This document shows positions 27,942 through 36,142 of a stretch of 64,000 nucleotides of DNA, piece by piece. Source of the DNA: Syntrophorhabdaceae bacterium (lineage in GTDB: Bacteria > Desulfobacterota > Syntrophorhabdia > Syntrophorhabdales > Syntrophorhabdaceae); contig OY762209.1 in assembly GCA_963665295.1 (NCBI GenBank), positions 4,704,001 to 4,768,000 of the forward strand. Direction: 5' to 3'. The notes beneath the pieces are model-generated. The model was given only the letters and a program-made list of their open reading frames with translations. It did no database searches and was not told the DNA's origin. Both the position numbers and the translations under genes were made by a program. Position 1 is the first letter of the stretch; every line of letters starts with the position of its first letter.

Positions 27942-28874
27942 TCATTTTTTCTTCTGCCCTCCCGAAAGGGATTTCATCGTTTTCGACGCGAGGATTGCCG
28001 ACGCCTTTCCTATGGCGTCCGTTCCTGATTTCTTCTCGTTGCTCCCGAAACCCAGCACATCCCTTACCGCGAACGATCCCGCCCCTCCACGAGCTTTATA
28101 CACGCGGATTGTCCCTTCGGCCCGCGAGGAATATATCTGTCTCGTCTCCTCGCTGAACACGGCTCCTACCCTTCCTTCAACTACGGCGCTTACGAGAAAA
28201 TAGACGAGAAACCGGTCCACAGCCTCGGCATCGCCGGAATGGAGAGCAGGCAGAACACCTCCCGAATGGCCGTCGGTCAACGCTCCCGGATCCACCCTCC
28301 CGTATCCCTTCTTGATTGCCAGGGATGCAAGGTGACGGTCCAGGGTTCGGCTGTCGGATGGTTTCCCGTCCCACCTGTCCGACGTAATTATGATCACCCG
28401 TTTTGCGAGAGGAAGTCCCCTGATAAGAATGTCCTCCGCACGGTCCCTTGCGAGCTTTGTCTTCATAAAGACCGTATACAGGTCCGGTTCGGGCTGCTGT
28501 TCGCCCGTTATCTCTGTTTCCGTGAGAATAGAACCCTTTTTCGGTATGAGGATCCTGAGAACCGTTTCCTTTTCCCGGGAGAGCACCACCGGATGAATCA
28601 ACGGTCGTACCGCTTCGATAAGGGCATTCCGTTGTGCATCTTCCACGGCTCTCACCCGCGCATGGGGTCCGTTTTCCCCCTGCCTCACCCGCGCTTTCCC
28701 TTCGACGGTGACCGTTTCAGGAACCAGATGGGAACCTCCGGGACTCTGAACAAAAACCTCTTGCCCGACGTTCGCCCGGCACAGGGCAAAATAACCGGTA
28801 CACAGGAATAAGGCCACCGTCAGAATAACCCGGAACCTCAATCCCTTACTTCTTGATTTCTCGTCCATGCTCAC
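27942..28874 (-). CDS. exported protein with FlgT-N/LPP20-like domain
   Basis: Signal/TM; VTVEGKA...RAVEDAQRNAL. Confidence 0.6.
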   Translation of the reverse strand: MSMDEKSRSKGLRFRVILTVALFLCTGYFALCRANVGQEVFVQSPGGSHLVPETVTVEGKARVRQGENGPHARVRAVEDAQRNALIEAVRPLIHPVVLSREKETVLRILIPKKGSILTETEITGEQQPEPDLYTVFMKTKLARDRAEDILIRGLPLAKRVIIITSDRWDGKPSDSRTLDRHLASLAIKKGYGRVDPGALTDGHSGGVLPALHSGDAEAVDRFLVYFLVSAVVEGRVGAVFSEETRQIYSSRAEGTIRVYKARGGAGSFAVRDVLGFGSNEKKSGTDAIGKASAILASKTMKSLSGGQKKK

Positions 28875-28966
28875 GCCCTTTGAAGTCTTTATGGATATCC
28901 GCGGAGGCGCCTGAGGGTCGGCAACCCCATCGCCCCTTTCCTCCGGAACTTCCGCTCTTAATGAGA

Positions 28967-28991
28967 AGACGGTTTAGTCCCCTGTTTTTCT
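28967..28991 (-). promoter_or_regulatory. ECF-type promoter motif upstream of the operon that contains the ECF sigma
   Basis: AGAA-N15-CCGTCT-TCTCATTAA. Confidence 0.72.
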
Positions 28992-29098
28992 CGAATTATT
29001 CTTTGATTGGTGGTTACAGCTTTGAACAGAAGAAAAGGTGTGGAAAATTCCCCAATGATGCTTATAGTCTTTATAAAACCACGAAGGAGGCGTTCAAA

Positions 29099-29284
29099 AT
29101 GAGAGTGAAGATATTTACCGGCAACGGCATCGTGCGCGATTTGGAGAATGAAATCAACCAGTGGTTATCCACGAACCCGGTCAAGGTGGTCGACATAAAG
29201 CAAAGCTACACCTGCGACAGCAAGTCCTGTTACGCCATGATGTCGGTCTGGTTTGAGAGCACCGAGAATATCAACGAGATATAG
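29099..29284 (+). CDS. small protein, Cse60/DUF2758-like
   Basis: AAGGAGG RBS; MRVKIF...LENEINQWL...VVDIKQS. Confidence 0.7.
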   Translation: MRVKIFTGNGIVRDLENEINQWLSTNPVKVVDIKQSYTCDSKSCYAMMSVWFESTENINEI

Positions 29285-29343
29285 AGAACGGACATGTACA
29301 AGCTGCCCGGGACGGTTCCCCGTCTCCGGGCGGCTTGTACCGG

Positions 29344-29718
29344 CTATCCCCCGGAAAGCATCGTGAAACGCGGAGCCTCCAGCATCTCAATCTCTTCCAT
29401 GCCTTTCTCCTGTTTCTGGCGGAGAAGAGAAACCAGCATACCGTAGCTCGTAATCTGCCAACCGTTGATCACCCTCCACACTTCGGGGTTATTCCAATCC
29501 CACGATTTTGTGTCCCCGATCTCCACAACCCTGGTTTGTTTTGTCTCGCCATCGAGCACCCTTAACCTGATGCTGAGGTCCGCAATCCCCGAGATCCCAC
29601 TCTCCGCGCCTTTACCGTCCACCACCGTGGACACCATCCTGAGGTCGTCGCCCTCATCCGCGCCTTTCACACCGAAGAAACTGTCTTTTGTCTCCGCCAC
29701 GTAGATCCTCCGTTTCAT
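29344..29718 (-). CDS. hypothetical protein ending in Gly-Gly; possible divergent MoaD/ThiS/ubiquitin-like carrier
   Basis: C-terminus INGWQI...EEIEMLEAPRFTMLSGG*; directly downstream of moeB; start uncertain. Confidence 0.6.
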   Translation of the reverse strand: MKRRIYVAETKDSFFGVKGADEGDDLRMVSTVVDGKGAESGISGIADLSIRLRVLDGETKQTRVVEIGDTKSWDWNNPEVWRVINGWQITSYGMLVSLLRQKQEKGMEEIEMLEAPRFTMLSGG

Positions 29719-29803
29719 TAATGGGGCCTGCGACAACCCGTGCCGTCGGCAAGACCGGCAAACCCTTTTTCTTTTCCACCGGCTTGCGCCGTTTTCTTCC
29801 TGG

Positions 29804-30955
29804 TCAGCCCTTTTGACATTCACCGCCGCCCGCGTCCGCGAGTCCGGTTATCTCGGGTTTTGTCCCGCAGAGGGGACAGGCCGGGTTCTTCCCGGTTTCT
29901 ATAATCCTCACCGTGAGGTTAAGGGCGTTATATACGTAGAACTTTCCTATCATCAACGTTCCCGTTTCAAGGATTATCTTTATTACCTCCGTGGCCTGAA
30001 CCAGGCCGATCTGTCCGGGGACAACCCCAAGGACCCCTGCCTCGCTTCAGGTAGGCGCGAGGTGACGGGGAGGAGGCTTGGGGAACAGGCACCTCAGGCA
30101 CGGCCCTTCCTTTTGCGGCCAGAATACGCCTGCCTGCCCGTCAAACCCTACAGCCCCACCGAAAACGAAGGGCTTGCCCGCAAAGTAACACGCGTCATTG
30201 AGGAGGAACTTCGTGTCCAGACTGTCCGTCGCGTCCATGACAACATCGAATTTATTCATGATTTCGAGGGCGTTCTCCCGAGTAAGACGTTCCCTGAAGG
30301 GGATGACTTTTACGTCGGGATTAATCCGCTCCATTGCATCCTTCGCGGAGTCCACTTTGAGCCTGCCCACATCGCCTGATCCGTGGATTACCTGCCTGTT
30401 GAGGTTCGAGAGGTCCACCCTGTCGAAATCGACTATGCCTATAGTCCCCACGCCGCACGCGGCAAGATAGAGCAGGGCCGAGGACGCAAGGCCACCCGCG
30501 CCCACTACAAGGACTTTGGCATTCCAGAGTTTCAACTGGCCTTCTTCACCGACCTCCTTAAGGAGCATGTTCCTGCTGTAGCGGTTGAGTTGGTGGACAT
30601 TGAATCGGCTGTCCGATACAATCTCACCGCCGCCGCCCAGCCACGCATCATAGCCTCCGGCGAGGGAGCGGGCGTTGCCGAAGCCCATCTTTCTCAGTTT
30701 CTCCGCGGCAAGAATCGAACGGTCGCCTACAGCGCAATACACCACGATGGGTACGCTCCTGTCGCCCGACAGCTTGTTCGACTCTCCTTCGATGAGGCCG
30801 GGGGCCACAAAACGGGCGCCTTTGATATAGCCCAGGTAAATCTCCCTGCTTCCTCTGATGTCTATGGGTATCACCCGTTCATCCGAATTAAAAAGGTCCA
30901 TCGCCTCTTCAACGGAAATCTCAAGATCGGGTATGGTGGTTTCGGACTTATCCAT
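29804..30955 (-). CDS. moeB: rhodanese-MoeB/ThiF adenylyltransferase, selenoprotein (U303), 383 aa
   Basis: Rhodanese YCAVGDRS; GAGGL, SNLNRQ, CLRC; TGA 30047-30049 reads into SEAGVLGVVPG..QATE..CPLCG, the conserved MoeB C-terminus. Confidence 0.9.
30013..30034 (-). promoter_or_regulatory. putative SECIS hairpin of moeB
   Basis: GUCC-UU-GGGG-UUGU-CCCC-GGAC starting 12 nt after the UGA. Confidence 0.55.
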
Positions 30956-31170
30956 AGTTCACACCTCGTCCAAGGCAGCACCCCGACCCGGCTGCCTTCA
31001 TAGTTCCGGCTCCGCGGGCTCCCCTCGGGAATGTATATTTTTATCCTCTTGGTGCGGGCAGAGAGGCGAAGCGGTCGGCAGTTGCCTCAATGTGATGTTC
31101 TCCGATCCGCTGAATTGCGAGGATACTGTCAGGACCTCCTGAAGAATGATATGGCCCCAAGGCCGTAATC

Positions 31171-31199
31171 TTTATACCAGTTTCACGGGTCACTGTCAA
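31171..31199 (-). promoter_or_regulatory. sigma70 promoter for moeB
   Basis: TTGACA-17 nt-TATAAA. Confidence 0.65.
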
Positions 31200-31225
31200 C
31201 TAATACTATGGCGCCACTATACTAT

Positions 31226-31603
31226 TCAAATGGACGGCACGAGCCATTCTCTGGCCCTCCGGGTATTATCAAAAGCCTTTACCTGGAAGCCTCTGTTTAT
31301 GCATACCGTTTCGTAGAATTGAAAATCGCCGTAATCTTCCTTCAGACCCGACGCAACCACTGCGATCATCATGGTTGCGGGAATGCCCAGGGATTCATAA
31401 AGCTTTGGCAGACCATATATATCCACCAGATTGACCGCGGGCTCCAGTTGACCGATCTCGACAAGGGCCTTGCAGGATTCATGACTCTTGATTAAGCGAC
31501 TTCCTTCGATGGTGGCAGTCTCCACATCGTCAATAGTTATCTTTCCGTGGCACTTCAGGAGTATCATCTTCTCCTCACGGGAATAGTCAACTTCAATAGG
31601 CAT
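31226..31603 (-). CDS. STAS/SpoIIAA-like hypothetical protein
   Basis: FYETVCINRGFQVKAF...AREWL C-terminus; TTGACA-18-TATCAT upstream. Confidence 0.7.
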   Translation of the reverse strand: MPIEVDYSREEKMILLKCHGKITIDDVETATIEGSRLIKSHESCKALVEIGQLEPAVNLVDIYGLPKLYESLGIPATMMIAVVASGLKEDYGDFQFYETVCINRGFQVKAFDNTRRAREWLVPSI

Positions 31604-31697
31604 TACCGTCCCCCTCAGGTTTCAAACGTTTCGGCTTGAGACAATTTTTGTGTGCGAAGAATGAATGATAACAGGTAAAAACGGGTTATGTCAATTG

Positions 31698-33395
31698 TCA
31701 GGCGGAGGGGTGTTTGACCTCAAAGTGAATTGCCGTGTCTCCCACGGTAATTACGGCGGCCTCCGAAAGGGGGTATTCGACCCCGGGGTCCAACCTGTAT
31801 TCGTTCACAAAGGTGCCGTGGAGCGAGTTAAGGTCTTCAACAGCGTATAAACCGTCGCGGAAGGATATTTTCATGTGTATGTCTGAAATGTTCTCCCCCT
31901 TGAGGATGACGGCGTTCGTGCTTCTTGTGCCGGCGGTAATCTCTCTCATGAGAATAATGTATTCGTCCCTCACCACGGGGTTTCCGGACTTCACGGTCAT
32001 TGCGTTGATAATGCCCCACTTGTCGATGCCGAAGCAGGTGTCCGAGTGTTCACCTGTGACCGTAAAACACCCGGAAGGAGTTCCTCGACGGTCGGGTCTG
32101 TCCTTTCCCGGACCCCAGAGAAACCGACAGAACAGGCCCAGACTCCGGCCCAGGTTCAAAATTGTTCCGTCATGAAGGGGGTAATCCTTCCCGGGGGTGA
32201 TTCTCTTGCCGTTGCCGTTAAGAAATGTTCCGTTTCTGCTCCCCAGCCCGTCCGTTCCCGTGTCCCTTACGAAGAATTCTCCAAGCCTGTTGACCTTGAT
32301 GACGGCGTGAGCATTGCTGATATATTCTATCTCAGGGATTGCTATATCGTTCGATTCCCCTGCACCGATCCATATGTTCTCTTTCGAGAAAAGGAACACC
32401 TTTCTGGTCATTCCGTGGCGGACTATGCGAAGGGTACAGGAGTCAAATCTCCCATGGCAGGTCTTCTCTTTCTTGCGCGCTTTCTCCATGCCCGGTCTAC
32501 CGAGCATCTCCCTGATCTTTTCGATAAAATGGAGAGATTCCTCGTGATCCGGGTCCTCCTGCCTCACGTGCATAAACCTCTCCCGCGCTTTTGAAAGAAG
32601 GTCGAGTCCCCCCAGGGGCACTTCATTATCACCGCTCTTCCGGTCCCGCACTGCCTCGATGAGGTCCCTGCCCTCTTCGAAGAATCTCCCGCCCTCCGTC
32701 ATCAGGCGTCCTATGAGCATTTCTCTCCGTATCCGCCTGGTCTCCATGTCGTTATAGAGCGGTTCCAGCATTATCATCCGTGGCTCTTCATTGCGAAGGG
32801 CATCGGCGGTCCGTGGTTTGCTCGCACCGAGGGATACGGCGGCCGTGCTGAAGATGTCTCCTATATTGTAGGTGGTATGTGTTTCTCCTTCTTCCGCTTC
32901 GTCAACGGTGAAGACGAAATCCTCCGTGTCAAAGACGGTGGGATTGCCCTTTATGTCGTGAAAGAGAACGGTCAGCCTGCCCGCATGCCTCCCTGCCGTT
33001 TCGGGCTTGAACGTAAAATACATCCTCGTCTTCTTTTCGATCCGGGGTAACGCATCCCTTTCGATCACAAGGTCCAGGCTCGGGACCTTCACCTTGACGG
33101 ACAGGTTCTTCAGTTCCTCCCCGGGCACAAGATCGATTTCGAGGGTATTGCTCCTCTTTTGCCTGTAAGCCTCCTCTTTCCAGTATATCTCGAAGGGCGA
33201 ATCCGGGACAGTCCCGGGTACGGGGTCATCAGGAACGGACTCCACATCCGCCCTGGTTTCCTGTCTCTCCTCACGCCCGGGAGACCCGCTTCTCCCCGCC
33301 GGTATCTCTTCGGGAAAAGCGCTGTTGCAAAGAGGACAAAACTTATAGATGTACTTGAACCCGCTCAGGTCCCGGCGACACGTTGGGCACTCCAT
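31698..33395 (-). CDS. Zn-ribbon + Ig-like + tandem FHA domain protein
   Basis: CPTC..CPLC; ISNAH..SRNGTFLNG and ISDIH..SLHGTFVN FHA motifs; start re-placed at ATG 33395. Confidence 0.82.
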   Translation of the reverse strand: MECPTCRRDLSGFKYIYKFCPLCNSAFPEEIPAGRSGSPGREERQETRADVESVPDDPVPGTVPDSPFEIYWKEEAYRQKRSNTLEIDLVPGEELKNLSVKVKVPSLDLVIERDALPRIEKKTRMYFTFKPETAGRHAGRLTVLFHDIKGNPTVFDTEDFVFTVDEAEEGETHTTYNIGDIFSTAAVSLGASKPRTADALRNEEPRMIMLEPLYNDMETRRIRREMLIGRLMTEGGRFFEEGRDLIEAVRDRKSGDNEVPLGGLDLLSKARERFMHVRQEDPDHEESLHFIEKIREMLGRPGMEKARKKEKTCHGRFDSCTLRIVRHGMTRKVFLFSKENIWIGAGESNDIAIPEIEYISNAHAVIKVNRLGEFFVRDTGTDGLGSRNGTFLNGNGKRITPGKDYPLHDGTILNLGRSLGLFCRFLWGPGKDRPDRRGTPSGCFTVTGEHSDTCFGIDKWGIINAMTVKSGNPVVRDEYIILMREITAGTRSTNAVILKGENISDIHMKISFRDGLYAVEDLNSLHGTFVNEYRLDPGVEYPLSEAAVITVGDTAIHFEVKHPSA

Positions 33396-33445
33396 TCTAT
33401 CTCCTGCAAGGTGTGATTTCTTACGATTATACCACACACTGCCCC

Positions 33446-34228
33446 TTATTTATCTCCACCTCGGTGAAGAATGATTCCACTCCCGCTCCTCCGCCACGAA
33501 GGCACCTTTCCGTTTATGAGCGGCAGACTTGATGCGGACTCCGTGCCGGCAGGGTTAATCAGGCGAAACGTGATGCCCACACTGCCCAGGAAGATTTTAT
33601 CGCCGTCACCGAGCACGGCCTTCCGGACCCTTTTCAGGTTTACCCGCGTTCCGTTGGTGCTCGACAGGTCTTCCAGAGTGACCCTCCCATATTCGACACG
33701 CAGTCGTGCGTGGCTGTCCGAAACCGTGTCATCCCATATCCTTATGTCGCACTCTTCCCCCCTCCCCATGAGGGCCCCTTTGTCCGTCAGAGGATAGACT
33801 CTTTCACCCTCCACAAGCTCCGCAACGGGGGTATCGCACTCTTCGCCTTTCACGGCCTTACCTCCCTCTCCATCGGGCATGGACGGCCCGGTATCGCGGG
33901 CCTCCCCGGATATCCTTTTTCCGATCACTTGATACGACACCCGGACAAGAAAGCCCTTCTTCTGGGTATCTCCCTTCTCGAACAGGACCTGTATCCCCCC
34001 ATCGCTTTGGTACCCCTTGTCCTGAATCCACGCATCTATCGATTCACCAAGCATCCTGCCCAGAGTATGGAGGAGGTCCCCATACTCGTCATACACGGAC
34101 TCATCCATCACCACCGTGTACGTGGGGGGGACAAGTTTGGTCCCGATAAAGTTGAGTTTGTTCTTTTCTATAGTCCTTCTGAGGCTGAGTTCAATCTCCA
34201 CCGGGTCAAGATTATAGCCCTTTTCCAT
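33446..34228 (-). CDS. second FhaA-like protein (DUF3662 + FHA)
   Basis: DPVEI...VPPTYTVVM; MGR..VSDSH..STNGTRVN; start re-placed at ATG 34228. Confidence 0.85.
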   Translation of the reverse strand: MEKGYNLDPVEIELSLRRTIEKNKLNFIGTKLVPPTYTVVMDESVYDEYGDLLHTLGRMLGESIDAWIQDKGYQSDGGIQVLFEKGDTQKKGFLVRVSYQVIGKRISGEARDTGPSMPDGEGGKAVKGEECDTPVAELVEGERVYPLTDKGALMGRGEECDIRIWDDTVSDSHARLRVEYGRVTLEDLSSTNGTRVNLKRVRKAVLGDGDKIFLGSVGITFRLINPAGTESASSLPLINGKVPSWRRSGSGIILHRGGDK

Positions 34229-34263
34229 GAGACCCCCTGTATACCCATCTATCCATATATTAA

Positions 34264-34289
34264 AGACGGGAATTCGGATCGTTTTTTCT
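34264..34289 (-). promoter_or_regulatory. ECF-type promoter motif upstream of the second FHA operon
   Basis: AGAA-N16-CCGTCT-TTAATATAT. Confidence 0.72.
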
Positions 34290-34380
34290 TTTTTTTCTGA
34301 AAAAATAAATAACCCTTTCCCACGGGCTCTTGATGAACGATCGCGGCAGAAACCGGGACCCCGGGAACGGTATATGCCTT

Positions 34381-34421
34381 GAAAGAATAAGGGCAAGAGG
34401 ACGACGCTTTTCCTCTTGCCC
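34381..34421 (-). terminator. Rho-independent terminator
   Basis: 11-bp stem GGGCAAGAGGA/TCCTCTTGCCC followed on the minus strand by TTATTCTTTC. Confidence 0.7.
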
Positions 34422-34500
34422 GAATGTCGGCGATCATGTTTTTCTGCCTTACCGGCAGGCCCTGCGTATAAAAGACCCGACCTCCCTGAAGCCGGCAGTC

Positions 34501-35310
34501 CTATCTCCCGTGTCCTCCGCCCCCTCCTCCTTCATGCTGACCCTGAGGCTGCATGTGTTGACCTTGGGGCTGCATGTGTTGACCTTGAGGTTGCATGTGC
34601 TGACCTTGAGGTTGCATGTGCTGACCTTGGGGCTGCTTGTGTTGACCTTGAGGTTGCATATGCTGGCCTTGAGGCTGCATATGCTGACCCTGAGGCTGCA
34701 TGTGCTGACCCTGGGGCTGTATGTGCTGACCCTGCGGGCCTCGTGGAGGCTGTCCCGGCGGCTGATGCCGCTGAACCTCCGGCCTCTGCCGATATTGCTC
34801 TTGTCTTTGATGCCTTAACTCCTGTCTCTGGGCTTGCGGTCGGGGACGATACCCCTCGACGCCCCAGGTCCTCTGTCTCTCCCAATGCCGGTTATTATGC
34901 CAAGTCCTCCAGTTGCGCTGAAGGTGCCCGTAAGGAATCCGTTCATACTGCCACCGGTGCCCATACCAGTCATGATTTCTGTAGTATCCTCTCCATCCCG
35001 GGTCCACATCATAATAGAAGCTTGGGACATTGCGGTAGTAAGCCCAGCCCCGGTCATAGTAGCGGGAGCGATACCAACGCCCCTCCCACGGACGCCACCA
35101 AAAACCATTCCAGAAGAACAGATCTACGTCCACGTCCGGAACAACATAAACATCAGGCGTATCCGGCATGACTATCACTTCCGGAGGCGCCGCGAACGCC
35201 ACAGGCGGCGGTAAGCCTACATTGACGCTCACGCTGACCTGCGCTCCCGCCGGAATGGAAAGACCGATCCCCAGCGCAAGCACCATCATTCCCAAAAATA
35301 GTCTTTTCAT
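34501..35310 (-). CDS. secreted Trp/Tyr/Arg-rich (YXWGXW-like) protein with QPQGQHM repeat tail
   Basis: Signal peptide ending AGA-Q; VSVSVNVGLPPP; aromatic-rich core; 10 heptads; AAGGAGG RBS. Confidence 0.85.
   Translation of the reverse strand: MKRLFLGMMVLALGIGLSIPAGAQVSVSVNVGLPPPVAFAAPPEVIVMPDTPDVYVVPDVDVDLFFWNGFWWRPWEGRWYRSRYYDRGWAYYRNVPSFYYDVDPGWRGYYRNHDWYGHRWQYERIPYGHLQRNWRTWHNNRHWERQRTWGVEGYRPRPQAQRQELRHQRQEQYRQRPEVQRHQPPGQPPRGPQGQHIQPQGQHMQPQGQHMQPQGQHMQPQGQHKQPQGQHMQPQGQHMQPQGQHMQPQGQHMQPQGQHEGGGGGGHGR
34531..34740. repeat. 21-bp coding tandem repeat x10
   Basis: Units such as catgtgctgaccttgaggttg encode QPQGQH(M/I/K/E). Confidence 0.92.
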
Positions 35311-35453
35311 ATTGTTGCCTCCTTATTGTCCTCACTCCAGCCGGATACACAGCAACACGCGTGGTTTCTCCGACGCATACCCGCCTGTTCCCAATGTAAC
35401 GCATCATCGGCAAAGGTGTCAACGCCGAATGAGACCGGCCCCTTATTATATGC

Positions 35454-35478
35454 AGACGCCAATGGACCTCCGTTTTCT
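35454..35478 (-). promoter_or_regulatory. ECF-type promoter motif (variant) upstream of the repeat protein
   Basis: AGAA-N15-GCGTCT-GCATATAAT. Confidence 0.6.
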
Positions 35479-35652
35479 CGGGCAAAGGAGGGGACAAACG
35501 CCATGACCGGCTGCGGCTGGATTTGGGCTGTACACTTCCCCTTCGCTTTTTTTTCAAATCTGCTATAATATGGGTATCGCAAGGATGGTTTAAGATTCTT
35601 CGGAGCCTTGACGATAAAAGAACAGGGTTCAAATCCATTTGCGGGGGATAGT

Positions 35653-36108
35653 ATGAAAGTCACCAGAGAAGACATTATACGGATTGCGGCCTCACAGAAT
35701 ACTCCCAAGGACGGGAAGGCGGATGCAGCCAAGTTCGATGCGGCGCTTCGCGCTGCGTTCGAAGAGGAAAAGGCCTGCCATGCCTGTCCGGTGCAGACCG
35801 TCGCTGCCACTTCCGGGGCTCCCATGATCGACACTGCTTCCTTCCTCGCCATGGACACTTCACGGATCGTGGACGGCGCCGACCGGCTCCTCGGACTGCT
35901 TGAAGAGTTTCAGACCAAGCTGGCCAATACCGCCATCCCCCTTGGCGAACTCTCTCCTCTGGCCGAGAAAATAGGCAACGAGACGAACCTCCTCCAGTCC
36001 TCCCTCGACGTCCTCCCGGAGACGGACCCTCTCAAGGACATGCTCAACAGGGTGCTCATAACCTGTTCGGTGGAAACGGAGAAATTCAAACGGGGCGATT
36101 ACCTATAG
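35653..36108 (+). CDS. hypothetical protein
   Basis: GGGGGA RBS, helical protein ending ETEKFKRGDYL. Confidence 0.7.
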   Translation: MKVTREDIIRIAASQNTPKDGKADAAKFDAALRAAFEEEKACHACPVQTVAATSGAPMIDTASFLAMDTSRIVDGADRLLGLLEEFQTKLANTAIPLGELSPLAEKIGNETNLLQSSLDVLPETDPLKDMLNRVLITCSVETEKFKRGDYL

Positions 36109-36142
36109 CAGAGGACTCCCGCAAACCCATTAGATGGGGACA

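Noticed and set aside
29804..29806. Second UGA read-through at the moeB end
   Set aside because: The domain is complete; downstream frame has no recognisable similarity or hairpin
29928..29963. GGAAC...GTTCTA ECF-like promoter on the minus strand
   Set aside because: Lies inside the read-through C-terminal coding part of moeB
34531..34740. Possible CRISPR array
   Set aside because: Contiguous 21-bp units without spacers, in frame within a CDS; no cas genes
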